Positions 25,310-34,627 of a stretch of 64,000 bases of DNA are shown here, one piece after another. The stretch spans positions 32,907 through 96,906 of the forward strand of contig CAYJEN010000001.1 of NCBI GenBank assembly GCA_964369185.1. Direction: 5' to 3'. How positions within the stretch are numbered: the first letter of the stretch is position 1; every line of letters starts with the position of its first letter. Made by a program: the position numbers and the translations under genes. Under the pieces are notes generated by a model. It had not been told where the DNA came from and made no database searches. It saw only the letters and a program-made list of their open reading frames with translations. The stretch is from an uncultured Desulfovibrionaceae bacterium. Its GTDB lineage: Bacteria > Desulfobacterota > Desulfovibrionia > Desulfovibrionales > Desulfovibrionaceae.

Positions 25310-26467
25310 TTATTCTTGAGTGATATCCACATGAGCTTTTTTTAGCTCTTCCGGAATATTAATATTTTGAGGACATTTTTTTACGCATTTTCCGCAAGAA
25401 ATACAGTAGTCAGCGGAAGTTTTTTTTGCTTGCAACATAAAGTTATACATAACTTTTGCGTATTGTGCATTGTCGAAAAGATGTTTTTGATTATAAAGAG
25501 TAAAAGTTGTAGGAATATCAACAGTTGCAGGGCAGGGCATACAGTAAGCACACGTTGTGCAAGGTACTTTTTGTCTGCTTTGATAAATTTCTCTTGTTTT
25601 TGTAAATCGAGAAACTTCCTCAACTGACATTGAATTAGGTTCATGCGATGCTGATTCGATATTTTGATCAAGCTGTTCAATCGAGTTCATTCCACTAAGT
25701 ACTAAAGATACTTCACTTTGATTGAATAGCCAACGCAAGCCTCTATCTGCCGGAGTAGGAATAGGATTATCATTCGCCCAAAGAGCTTCTACATCTTCAG
25801 GTTGAGGGCGAGCAAGCGCACCACCCTTGAGCGGTTCCATAATGATTATACCGAGTTCTTTCTCTGCCGCTTTTTTAAGTCCTGCAACACCTGCTTGATA
25901 GAATTCATCGATGAAGTTGTATTGAATTTGACAAAATTCCCAATCATACATTTCAAGAACTTTTTCAAAGAGGTGAATATCATCGTGGAAAGAGAATCCA
26001 ACGTGCTTAATTCTACCTTCTTTTTTCAATCTATCAACAAATTCAAAGGCTTTGAACTTCTCAAAAGTTGGCAAAGTGAGTGTGTTAATATTATGGATAA
26101 GATAGCAATCTATATAATCAGTTTTGAGTTTTTGGCATTGTTCTTCAAATATTTTTTCCATTGCTTCAACAGAATTATATCCGCTTGTAGGCAATTTTGT
26201 TGCAAGAACAATTTTATCTCTAATTTTAAGTTCATCAATACAATGCCCTACAATAAGTTCACTAAGTCCACTATGATAAGGATAGGCAGTATCGAGGTAG
26301 TTTATTCCTTTTGATACAGCATGATCTATCATTTCACAAGTAGCTTTAATATCAATACTTGTTTGTACAGGGGAAGTGTTGTTCGATGGTAGAAGAGGAA
26401 GCCTCATACAACCAAGCCCAAGACGTGAAACTTGTAAGCCTGTTTTTCCAAGTGTATTGTAGAGCAT
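25310..26467 (-). CDS. Aldo/keto reductase with a C-terminal 4Fe-4S cluster domain
   Basis: AKR N-terminus (GKTGLQVSRLGLGCMRL) and C-terminal Cys clusters CTTCAYCMPCP and CISCGKCVKKCP. Confidence 0.8.
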   Translation of the reverse strand: MLYNTLGKTGLQVSRLGLGCMRLPLLPSNNTSPVQTSIDIKATCEMIDHAVSKGINYLDTAYPYHSGLSELIVGHCIDELKIRDKIVLATKLPTSGYNSVEAMEKIFEEQCQKLKTDYIDCYLIHNINTLTLPTFEKFKAFEFVDRLKKEGRIKHVGFSFHDDIHLFEKVLEMYDWEFCQIQYNFIDEFYQAGVAGLKKAAEKELGIIIMEPLKGGALARPQPEDVEALWANDNPIPTPADRGLRWLFNQSEVSLVLSGMNSIEQLDQNIESASHEPNSMSVEEVSRFTKTREIYQSRQKVPCTTCAYCMPCPATVDIPTTFTLYNQKHLFDNAQYAKVMYNFMLQAKKTSADYCISCGKCVKKCPQNINIPEELKKAHVDITQE

Positions 26468-26488
26468 TGTAGATTTCCTTAATGGTAA

Positions 26489-27418
26489 TTATACTGAGTA
26501 TTTATAGAGCCAGTCAGAGTATTTAGGATTGTTACCTTTAACAATATCAAAGTAAGCTTTTTGAATTTCTTGAGTAACTTTACCAGCTTTACCAGCGCCG
26601 ATTTGTCTTCCGTCAACAGCACGAACCGGAGTTACTTCTGCTGCTGTTCCTGTGCAGAACATTTCGTCAGCGATATAAACTTCATCACGTGTGAATTGTT
26701 GTTCTATAACTTTATATCCAAGGCTTTCAGCTACTTCAATAAGGGTATTTCTTGTAATACCTTCTAGAATTGATGTAAGTGGAGTAGTTTTAATTGTGTT
26801 TCCACGAACGATAAAAATGTTTTCGCCGGTTGCTTCTGATACGAAACCGTTTGTATCAAGCACCATAGCTTCGTGGTAACCGTTTCTTACTGCTTCTGTT
26901 TTTGAAAGAACTGAGTTTACGTAGTTACCGCAAGCTTTAGCTTTTGTCATCATGCTGTTAACGTGGTGACGGGCAAAGCTTGATGTACACATTGAAACAC
27001 CATTTAATAAGCCTTCTTCACCAAGATATGCACCCCAAGGCCATGTTGCAATGATTACATTGATTGGATTATCAGCAGGATGAATACCAAGCGCACCATA
27101 GCCTACAAAAGCTAAAGGACGAATATATCCTTCTTCAATTTTGTTAGCTTTCATAAGTTCAAGGGTAGCAGTTGTGAGTTCGTCAGCAGTATAAGGGCAT
27201 GGTAAATCTAAAATTTTACCTGAATTCACAAGGCGCTCCATGTGCTCTTTTAAACGAAACACTGAAGATGAGCCATCTTGACATTTATATGCACGTATGC
27301 CTTCAAAATACCCTGTACCGTAATGGACGACATGTGAAAGTACATGGATTTTTGCTTCATCCCATGGGATAAGGTTTCCGTCTGACCAGATAAATGGGGT
27401 TGGTTCTAATGCAGGCAT
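26489..27418 (-). CDS. ilvE: Branched-chain amino acid aminotransferase
   Basis: Class IV aminotransferase pattern (HYGTGYFEGIRAY, EATGENIF, GITR). Confidence 0.85.
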   Translation of the reverse strand: MPALEPTPFIWSDGNLIPWDEAKIHVLSHVVHYGTGYFEGIRAYKCQDGSSSVFRLKEHMERLVNSGKILDLPCPYTADELTTATLELMKANKIEEGYIRPLAFVGYGALGIHPADNPINVIIATWPWGAYLGEEGLLNGVSMCTSSFARHHVNSMMTKAKACGNYVNSVLSKTEAVRNGYHEAMVLDTNGFVSEATGENIFIVRGNTIKTTPLTSILEGITRNTLIEVAESLGYKVIEQQFTRDEVYIADEMFCTGTAAEVTPVRAVDGRQIGAGKAGKVTQEIQKAYFDIVKGNNPKYSDWLYKYSV

Positions 27419-27597
27419 AATATGCTCCTTAAATTTGAAATAATTTTTACTTTATTGTCAAGTGAGCGTATTGTCAATTTTTTTTTAGGATATTTTCATT
27501 TTTGTAGTTTTTTTAGGATAGATACAATTTGAGGGGGAAAAGTACATTTTTATAAAAAACGTACTCTTCCCCCTCTCGAAAAAAGAATATAATGATA

Positions 27598-28971
27598 TTA
27601 CATATCTTTAGCTTTTAATGCTAAATCTTGTAATTCTTTGATAAGAGCTTCAGCTTCATCTTTATTTTTAGCTTCAGCACGAATTGTAAGATATGGAGAT
27701 GTATTTGATTTTCTCATCAAAGCCCAAAGTAAAGGTTGCCCTTTACGAACAAGGCGAACACCGTCCATTGTATTACAATCATAGATTTCGCTATCTTTGT
27801 AATGATTTTGTAAATGCTCAATAACTTTTACTTTATTTTCATCTTCCATTGGAAGAGTAATTTCAGGTGTTGAATAGAGCTCTTCCCAGTTTGGTAAGTC
27901 TTCAAGTGTGAGGCTTGCTTTTGATTTGAGTTCAGTAAGAACATTTAAAAGACGTGCAGCACTATAAGTTGCATCATCAAAGCCATACCAGTTATCTTTG
28001 AAGAATAAGTGACCGGATAATTCACCCGCCATAAGAGCGTGAAACTCTTTCATAGCCTTTTTAATAAGTGAGTGACCTGTTTGATTCATGCGTACTCTAC
28101 CATTTAAAGCAGGGTCAGAGTAGAGGCGTTCGGAAGATTTTACATCAGCAATAATTGTTGCATTTGGTTCACGCATAAGAAGTTCACGCGCAAAAACAGC
28201 AACAATTTCATCACCCATGTAGTGCTTACCGTTTCTACCAACTACACCGAGGCGATCGCCATCGCCATCAAAGCCGAAGCCAACATCAGCACCGTGTTTA
28301 AGTACTGCTTCACGAAGGTCAACAATATTTTTTTCTACGGTTGGATCTGGGTGGTGATTAGGGAATGTTCCGTCCGGTTCGCAATAAAGTTCAATAACTT
28401 CAGCACCTAAGGCTTTTAGCACCATAGGAGCAACTAAGCTTGCAGCACCGTTACCGGCATCTACAACAACTTTATATTTTGCAACGCTAGGAAAACGTTC
28501 TTTAATATCAGCTACATAAGCAGGAACGATATCTTGATCGGTAATAGTTCCTAATTTTTCAGAAGTGATAAAGTTTTTATCATCAATAAGTTTTTTTAGT
28601 TTTTGAATTTCCGGACCTGCAATAGTGCTTTCGCCACAAACTACTTTAAATCCGTTATATTCTCCTGGGTTATGGCTTGCAGTAATCATTACTCCTGCAG
28701 TAAGATTTAGATGTTTTACACCATAATAAAGGCATGGGCTAGGAACCATTCCTATACGAATACAGTCGATTCCGCCTTCGGTTAGCCCTTTACATAAAGC
28801 GTCTGAATACATTGGAGAGGTTGTTCGGCAATCTTGACCGATAGCACATACGCTTGCATTATGTTCTGTAAAGTATGTTGCGAGAGCTTTTCCGAGTTCG
28901 TAAACAAAATTTGAATCAAAGTCGATTTCTGCTTTTCCGCGGATATCGTATTCCTTAAATATCTGAGCCAT
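27598..28971 (-). CDS. Phosphomannomutase/phosphoglucomutase
   Basis: Active-site loop TASHNPGEYNGFK and metal site DGDGDR. Confidence 0.85.
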   Translation of the reverse strand: MAQIFKEYDIRGKAEIDFDSNFVYELGKALATYFTEHNASVCAIGQDCRTTSPMYSDALCKGLTEGGIDCIRIGMVPSPCLYYGVKHLNLTAGVMITASHNPGEYNGFKVVCGESTIAGPEIQKLKKLIDDKNFITSEKLGTITDQDIVPAYVADIKERFPSVAKYKVVVDAGNGAASLVAPMVLKALGAEVIELYCEPDGTFPNHHPDPTVEKNIVDLREAVLKHGADVGFGFDGDGDRLGVVGRNGKHYMGDEIVAVFARELLMREPNATIIADVKSSERLYSDPALNGRVRMNQTGHSLIKKAMKEFHALMAGELSGHLFFKDNWYGFDDATYSAARLLNVLTELKSKASLTLEDLPNWEELYSTPEITLPMEDENKVKVIEHLQNHYKDSEIYDCNTMDGVRLVRKGQPLLWALMRKSNTSPYLTIRAEAKNKDEAEALIKELQDLALKAKDM

Positions 28972-29019
28972 TGAAATCCCCTTGTGTTAAGTATATAAAT
29001 TGAACATTAAAGCATTTTT

Positions 29020-30162
29020 TCACGAAAGGCAAATAATTTTTTTATAGATTTCTTCTACTTGTTCAGCAAATCTTTCTTTTGAGTAATTATCTGCAACTAG
29101 TTTAATCTCTTTTTTCATGTTTTCAGAGTTTAGACTTTCTTCTACTAATTTTTCTGCATATTTAGAAAAATCTTCATAATTATTGAAGAAATATCCAGTC
29201 TTTTCTGGGATTAACACATTATCTAGGCAAGTGTCGTATCTGCATAATAGGGGTATTCCATTTGCCAGTGCTTCAATATATGTAAGCCCTTGAGTTTCGC
29301 TTGTTGAGGCAGAAACAAAAATATCAGCAACTTGGTAATATTTATAGATTTTATCACGCGCTATCATGCCTGTAAAGCGGACTTTATCTTCTAGATTTAG
29401 CTCATTTACAAGGCGTTCTAGATTTTTCTTATTAGGACCATCACCAGCAATAATGAGTATCCATTTATCTGAATTCATTTGAGATAAGTAATCTAGTATT
29501 TGCTCAATCCCTTTTTCCTTAGCAACCCTACCCAGAGAGATAAAAATTTTCTTGTCATCTGATATATCAAGAGAAGTTTTTAGCGATTTTTTTTCATCAT
29601 CAGCTAGAATAGGAAAATTCAAATCGATTCCTGTTGGAATAATATGTAATGATTGTTTTATATTATAGTCTTCAAGTGCAGTTTTTATTTTTTCTGTAGG
29701 AACAATGATATCACTTACAGGAGTCATAAGTTTCCGTAACCAAAAAGCAACAAGTGGTTTAGCAATTACTTTAGGTATAAAAAGGTAGTGAGTATAATCT
29801 TCATAAAAAGTGTGATATGTATGCACCATAGGTACATTTAATTTTTTCGCAATTTTTTTAGCAAAAGTATAAGTAGAAAATTCACTCTGAGTATGAATTA
29901 TATCGGGCTTCCATGCGCAGATATCATGAAAAATTTGTGCATCAAAATTAAATGAAGCATAGGAGTTTGGATAAATTTTATCAATGCTAAATGCTGAATT
30001 ATAATAGGTAGTTCCTTGCACATTTGTTTTGCCCATCTGCGATAAGGAAAGTACCCGTACTTCATGCCCGCGTGCTGATAAAGATCCAGCAAGGATAGCT
30101 GTTGATGTAACAACTCCATTAATTATAGGTAGATATAAATCAGAAACTAATAGAACACGCAT
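29020..30162 (-). CDS. GT4-family glycosyltransferase (diacylglycerol glycosyltransferase-like)
   Basis: MRVLLVSDLYLPIINGV N-terminus. The C-terminal E-x7-E region ETQGLTYIEALANG. Confidence 0.7.
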   Translation of the reverse strand: MRVLLVSDLYLPIINGVVTSTAILAGSLSARGHEVRVLSLSQMGKTNVQGTTYYNSAFSIDKIYPNSYASFNFDAQIFHDICAWKPDIIHTQSEFSTYTFAKKIAKKLNVPMVHTYHTFYEDYTHYLFIPKVIAKPLVAFWLRKLMTPVSDIIVPTEKIKTALEDYNIKQSLHIIPTGIDLNFPILADDEKKSLKTSLDISDDKKIFISLGRVAKEKGIEQILDYLSQMNSDKWILIIAGDGPNKKNLERLVNELNLEDKVRFTGMIARDKIYKYYQVADIFVSASTSETQGLTYIEALANGIPLLCRYDTCLDNVLIPEKTGYFFNNYEDFSKYAEKLVEESLNSENMKKEIKLVADNYSKERFAEQVEEIYKKIICLS

Positions 30163-30712
30163 AGGTTACAATAACTCCCAAAATATATGTGACATAACCA
30201 ATAGCACCACCAATACATATTCCTGCCAGAACATCGCTAGGATAGTGTACAGATAAATAGATGCGAGAAAATGCTACAAGAGACGCAAATGGAAGCACAA
30301 TAAAAAGTAATGGGCTTTCCCAGCAATAACAGAGCATTGCTACAATGAATGACGAACACGCATGCCCTGATGGAAAAGAATAATCTTTATGTTTTTTTAC
30401 AAGTCCTTGAAAGTCGGATTGAATATCCGGTCTAGGGCGTGCAAATATTTTTTTTAGTTTAATATTACAAACATATACATGAATTGCAAAACCAGCTATA
30501 ATACTTGCACCAATAGTAAATCCTAAATGAATATCGCTGATTCCTAAAAATATAGCTAAAACTATCCAAATAAATCCAACATTAGAAATTTTTGACGCCC
30601 AATGCATAATAAAATCAAGGCGTTTTGTTCTTAGTCTATTTTGAATAAACCATAATATACTGTATTCAATTTTTTCAAAGCGAGAGAATGAGTTATAAAT
30701 CAAATTTACCAT
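30140..30712 (-). CDS. PAP2-family phosphatase (membrane)
   Basis: KX6RP (KKIFARPRP), PSGH, and SRX5HX3D (SRIYLSVHYPSD). The second ATG at 30712 has GGAGG upstream; the track start is 30724. Overlaps the GT4 gene by 23 nt. Confidence 0.8.
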   Translation of the reverse strand: MVNLIYNSFSRFEKIEYSILWFIQNRLRTKRLDFIMHWASKISNVGFIWIVLAIFLGISDIHLGFTIGASIIAGFAIHVYVCNIKLKKIFARPRPDIQSDFQGLVKKHKDYSFPSGHACSSFIVAMLCYCWESPLLFIVLPFASLVAFSRIYLSVHYPSDVLAGICIGGAIGYVTYILGVIVTYACSISF

Positions 30713-30874
30713 AGCACCCTCCATTAAAGCTATTTTCTTCTTCAGCTACTGTAGGTGTAGCAAAGATAAAATTTTGTGTCAATGATATCAAATTTACTCC
30801 TGCTCTAATTTTGTTGTTTTATAAAGTATTGAAATAACTAATTTTATAACATATATTAAAAAGAGAGCTAGTGA

Positions 30875-30892
30875 ATGTAACAAGGATGTAAC
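30875..30892. promoter_or_regulatory. Direct repeat ATGTAAC-N4-ATGTAAC (TGTTACA on the gene strand) at 11-bp phasing upstream of the PAP2-GT4 operon; Pho-box-like
   Basis: Same heptamer and phasing as the repeats upstream of pstS. On the gene strand a TAATAT -10-like hexamer follows after 16 nt. Confidence 0.35.
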
Positions 30893-30937
30893 CAAAAATC
30901 AATAAAAATATCACACTATATATCAGTAAAACTTAGT

Positions 30938-31618
30938 TTATCTTACAAAACAAAATTTATTGTTTTTATGTGCAACTTCTTGTAAATCAAGAATATTTTG
31001 ATGAGTCAGCGGATAGCCCTCATTTATAAAAAAATTTTTATTTAAAACTTCATCAATTTGTACTTTTTGTAGATAAATCGGACTGTTTGAAGAAAAATTT
31101 AAAATTTCTGAAAAACTCTCTTTTGTGATAAATGGATGAACGCATGGAATACGATATTCATGCTCAATTTCACTTGAATTCAGAATACTTATTGTTTTCA
31201 AAATATTTTCTTTATTATAATTCATTATTTCATTCGGATACTGCTTAGGATCTGCTTTTATATCCATAGCGACATAATTTATGTATTCATTATCAATAAG
31301 ATTTTGTACTACTGAAGGATTTGATCCATTTGTATCAAGCTTTATTACGTATCCCATTTTTTTTACTTGATAGCAAAATTCAGGTAAATCCTTTTGTAAA
31401 GTTGGCTCTCCACCAGTGATAACAAGACCTTGTAAAAGATGTTTTCTCTCTTGTAAAATAGTAAAAACATATTCGAGCGAAACTTCTTCTTCATCCTGTA
31501 AAAGCGAAGAATTATGACAGTAAGGACAAGTAAAATTACATGACTTAGTAAATATAACAGCACTCACTTTCTGTGGATAGTCGATAAAGCTTGTTTTTTG
31601 GAATCCACCGATTTGCAT
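30938..31618 (-). CDS. nrdG: Anaerobic ribonucleoside-triphosphate reductase activating protein (radical SAM)
   Basis: CNFTCPYCHN cluster motif, directly downstream of nrdD. Confidence 0.85.
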   Translation of the reverse strand: MQIGGFQKTSFIDYPQKVSAVIFTKSCNFTCPYCHNSSLLQDEEEVSLEYVFTILQERKHLLQGLVITGGEPTLQKDLPEFCYQVKKMGYVIKLDTNGSNPSVVQNLIDNEYINYVAMDIKADPKQYPNEIMNYNKENILKTISILNSSEIEHEYRIPCVHPFITKESFSEILNFSSNSPIYLQKVQIDEVLNKNFFINEGYPLTHQNILDLQEVAHKNNKFCFVR

Positions 31619-31713
31619 GATTTTTCCTCTGTTTAAAATATAAAATTAAAGTAACTATAATATGGAAAGACACAAAATTTAGAACCTGTGCCTTTCCACT
31701 ATTTTATATAAAG

Positions 31714-33804
31714 CTATTCATTAATTTCATAAGTTTTTCTTGCAAGAAATTCCTCTTGTTTACCATCATTCCAACGGTTTACAGGACGAAGATATCCAAC
31801 AACACGAGAATATACTTCTGTTTTTTCATGGCAGTGAGGGCATTCTTTTTGTTCACCTTGAAGATATCCATGTTCAGGGCAGATGCTGAAAGTTGGTGTT
31901 AAAGTGAAATAAGGAAGAGTGTAATTATTTGTAATAGTTCTAATAAGATAGCGCACTGTAGCAGTATCGCTAACTTCTTCACCAAGGAATCCGTGAAGCA
32001 CTGTTCCGCCTGTATAACTCGCTTGAAGTTTATCTTGCAGATTTAGCACATCAAAAATATCCTTAGAATAGTCAACAGGTAAGTGTGTTGAGTTGGTATA
32101 ATAAGGATTTTTTGTGTCAGTTTTACCATTAGCAAATATGATATCAGTGCATTTTTTTTGATCTAACATAGCAAGTCTATAACTTGTACCTTCTGCCGGG
32201 GTTGCTTCTAAATTAAAGAAAGAGCCGGTTTCTTCTTGATATTTTGATAATCTTTCACGCATAAATTCAAGGATTTTTAAAGAAAATGCTTGCCCTTCTG
32301 GAGTTGAAATATCTTTGCCTAAAAAGTTCACACAAGCTTCATTCATTCCAACAATTCCAACGGTTGAGAAGTGATTACTCCAATATTGACCGCTACGAGC
32401 TTTTACATCACGAAGATAAAAAGTAGTATAAGGATAAAGTCCTTTTTCTGTAAAGGTTTCAAGTTCTTTACGTTTTATTTCAAGACTATCCTTAGCTATA
32501 TCCATAAGTTTAGCGAGTCTATCCATGAAATCATTTTCATTTTCAGCTAGATAGCTAATTCTTGGAAGATTTATAGTAACAACTCCAATTGAACCTGTAA
32601 GTGGATTTGCACCAAAAAGACCGCCACCACGCTTACGTAACTCCCTGTTATCTAAGCGGAGTCTGCAACACATTGAACGTGCATCATCGGGTGACATATC
32701 AGAATTTACGAAATTTGAAAAATAAGGAATACCGTATCTTCCTGTCATTTTCCAAATTGCTTCATGCTTAGGGCTATCCCAGTCAAAATCACGAGTTATA
32801 TTATAGGTTGGGATTGGGAAAGTGAAAACTCTACCTTTATTATCTCCCTCCATCATAACCTCTGCAAATGCCTGATTAATCATATCTAATTCATTTTGAT
32901 AATCACCGTATACAGATTTTTGATCTTTACCGCCTATGATTACAGGAGTATTTTTTAAAATTGTTGGCACGGTTAAATCAAGTGTAATATTTGTGAATGG
33001 GGTTTGAAAACCTACGCGTGTAGGTATGTTGATATTAAATACAAACTCTTGAATTGCTTGCTTAACCTCTTTATAAGAAAGATTATCTTCACGGATAAAA
33101 GGCGCAAGGTAAGTATCAAAGCTTGAAACTGCTTGTGCGCCTGCGGCTTCGCCTTGCATTGTATAGAAAAAGTTCACGAGCTGACCAAGAGCCGTGCGTA
33201 AATGTTTAGCAGGTCCACTCTCAACATTTCCTGCAATACCTTTATATCCTTCACGAAGTAAGTCTGCTAAGTCCCAACCTACGCAATAAACAGAGAGCAA
33301 GTTTAAATCATGAATATGTAAATCTCCCTCAACGTGAGAATCTCTAATGATTGGAGTATAGATTCTATTAAGCCAGTATTCAGTTGTAATTTCAGAAGAA
33401 ATATAGTTGTTCAAGCCTTGTAATGAATAACCCATATTAGAATTTTCTCTCACACGCCAATCAAGCTTATTGAGATAGCCTTCCATGAGGTCTACGTTCA
33501 TTTTTGTTTTAATTCTGCGTAGTTGCGCTCTTTGTTCACGATAGAGAATATATGCTTTTGCGCTTGCACGATAAGGCGAATCGAGAAGCACTTCTTCAGC
33601 TAAATCTTGAATAGTTTCAACTTCGATTGTTTCTGGAAGGTGAGCCGCTTTTCCTAATGAAAGCAGTTGCATAGTTAGTTTTCTTGCTTCACGTTCTTCA
33701 AATTCTGAAGTTGATTTACCTGCTTTTAATAGAGCAGCTGTTATTTTTGAGGCATCAAAATCAACTTGTCTTCCATCTCTTTTTATGATGGCTGTAAAAT
33801 ACAT
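31714..33804 (-). CDS. nrdD: Anaerobic ribonucleoside-triphosphate reductase
   Basis: N-terminal ATP-cone, CCRLRLD, C-terminal Zn ribbon CPHCH, and the glycyl-radical segment SRVVGYLRP. Confidence 0.9.
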   Translation of the reverse strand: MYFTAIIKRDGRQVDFDASKITAALLKAGKSTSEFEEREARKLTMQLLSLGKAAHLPETIEVETIQDLAEEVLLDSPYRASAKAYILYREQRAQLRRIKTKMNVDLMEGYLNKLDWRVRENSNMGYSLQGLNNYISSEITTEYWLNRIYTPIIRDSHVEGDLHIHDLNLLSVYCVGWDLADLLREGYKGIAGNVESGPAKHLRTALGQLVNFFYTMQGEAAGAQAVSSFDTYLAPFIREDNLSYKEVKQAIQEFVFNINIPTRVGFQTPFTNITLDLTVPTILKNTPVIIGGKDQKSVYGDYQNELDMINQAFAEVMMEGDNKGRVFTFPIPTYNITRDFDWDSPKHEAIWKMTGRYGIPYFSNFVNSDMSPDDARSMCCRLRLDNRELRKRGGGLFGANPLTGSIGVVTINLPRISYLAENENDFMDRLAKLMDIAKDSLEIKRKELETFTEKGLYPYTTFYLRDVKARSGQYWSNHFSTVGIVGMNEACVNFLGKDISTPEGQAFSLKILEFMRERLSKYQEETGSFFNLEATPAEGTSYRLAMLDQKKCTDIIFANGKTDTKNPYYTNSTHLPVDYSKDIFDVLNLQDKLQASYTGGTVLHGFLGEEVSDTATVRYLIRTITNNYTLPYFTLTPTFSICPEHGYLQGEQKECPHCHEKTEVYSRVVGYLRPVNRWNDGKQEEFLARKTYEINE

Positions 33805-33844
33805 GAAAAACTCCTAAAGTTATGGGCAATAACGGAAAAAAAGC

Positions 33845-34085
33845 ACAAAAAAATCCTTCGCACATTAAAGGGCGAAGGAACCATTTTTATCCTTTTTGAA
33901 TCAGTCGACAAAAGCCCGTTGTCGTTGATACGTCTCCTAGACGAATAATAAAGCAGGTCTTCCGACTTCCACATCTTTTTCACCTTCCCAAATTTCTTCA
34001 GTGGTATTTAAAAAAAAGACTCTAGTTGTGGCTCACGGCGGCGGGTCCGTCCTTGACTTTGACAAGGTTCCCTATTAAGCAAATG
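33845..34085 (-). promoter_or_regulatory. Cobalamin (B12) riboswitch with intrinsic-terminator expression platform, in the leader of nrdDG
   Basis: Gene strand reads AATAGGGAACCTTG..GGACGGACCCGCCGCCGTGAGCC.. and the B12 box AAGTCGGAAGACCTGC (plus-strand coordinates 33953-33970). Terminator TCCTTCGC/GCGAAGGA plus a U-run at 33847-33879. Confidence 0.8.
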
Positions 34086-34315
34086 CACTTTATGAAGGCA
34101 ATATAAAAGATTTAATTCTCTTAAGTCAATAGAGCTATTTATGAGTGATAATCAGAACTCTTTTTTTTAAAGTAGAAATATTAGACTGTTAGATAACTAC
34201 TTTTTTAAATTAAATTTCCTCTCCATGTAATAGATTTTCCTCTTGACATTTTTTAAAATATAACTATTTTTGAACAAATGCGAAAATATAGAATTTTGAA
34301 ACTTAAGGAAAGTTT

Positions 34316-34627
34316 ATGATATCAAACCTCAATAATTGTGACGATTTTGAAAGGCTTGCTGAAATATTTAAGCTTTTTGGTTGTGTTACACGATTAAAAA
34401 TACTTACAAAACTTGCAGATGGTGAATGTAATGCAAGTGATATTGCAGAGGCTGTGTGCCTTAGTCAGTCAGCAACAAGTCACCAACTAAAAGATATGAA
34501 AAATTGTAGACTTATAAAGTCACGTAAAGAAGGGAAAAATGCATATTATTCTCTTGATGATCACCACATTCTAAACATTTTAAAAACTGGTCTTGACCAT
34601 GTGCGAGGAGAACATTGTAATGTCTAA
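34316..34627 (+). CDS. ArsR/SmtB-family metal-responsive repressor
   Basis: wHTH CNASDIAEAVCLSQSATSHQLKDMK. Its stop overlaps the ATPase start. Confidence 0.8.
   Translation: MISNLNNCDDFERLAEIFKLFGCVTRLKILTKLADGECNASDIAEAVCLSQSATSHQLKDMKNCRLIKSRKEGKNAYYSLDDHHILNILKTGLDHVRGEHCNV

Noticed and set aside
27531-27575. Hairpin GAGGGGGAAAAGTAC/GTACTCTTCCCCCTC as a canonical terminator for the phosphomannomutase gene
   Set aside because: There is no U-tract on either strand, so I note it only as a recurring G5/C5 hairpin and do not call it an intrinsic terminator.
33766-33983. ORFs 33766-33948(+) and 33783-33983(-) upstream of nrdD
   Set aside because: They overlap the cobalamin riboswitch and its terminator, so the region is better explained as a structured RNA leader.
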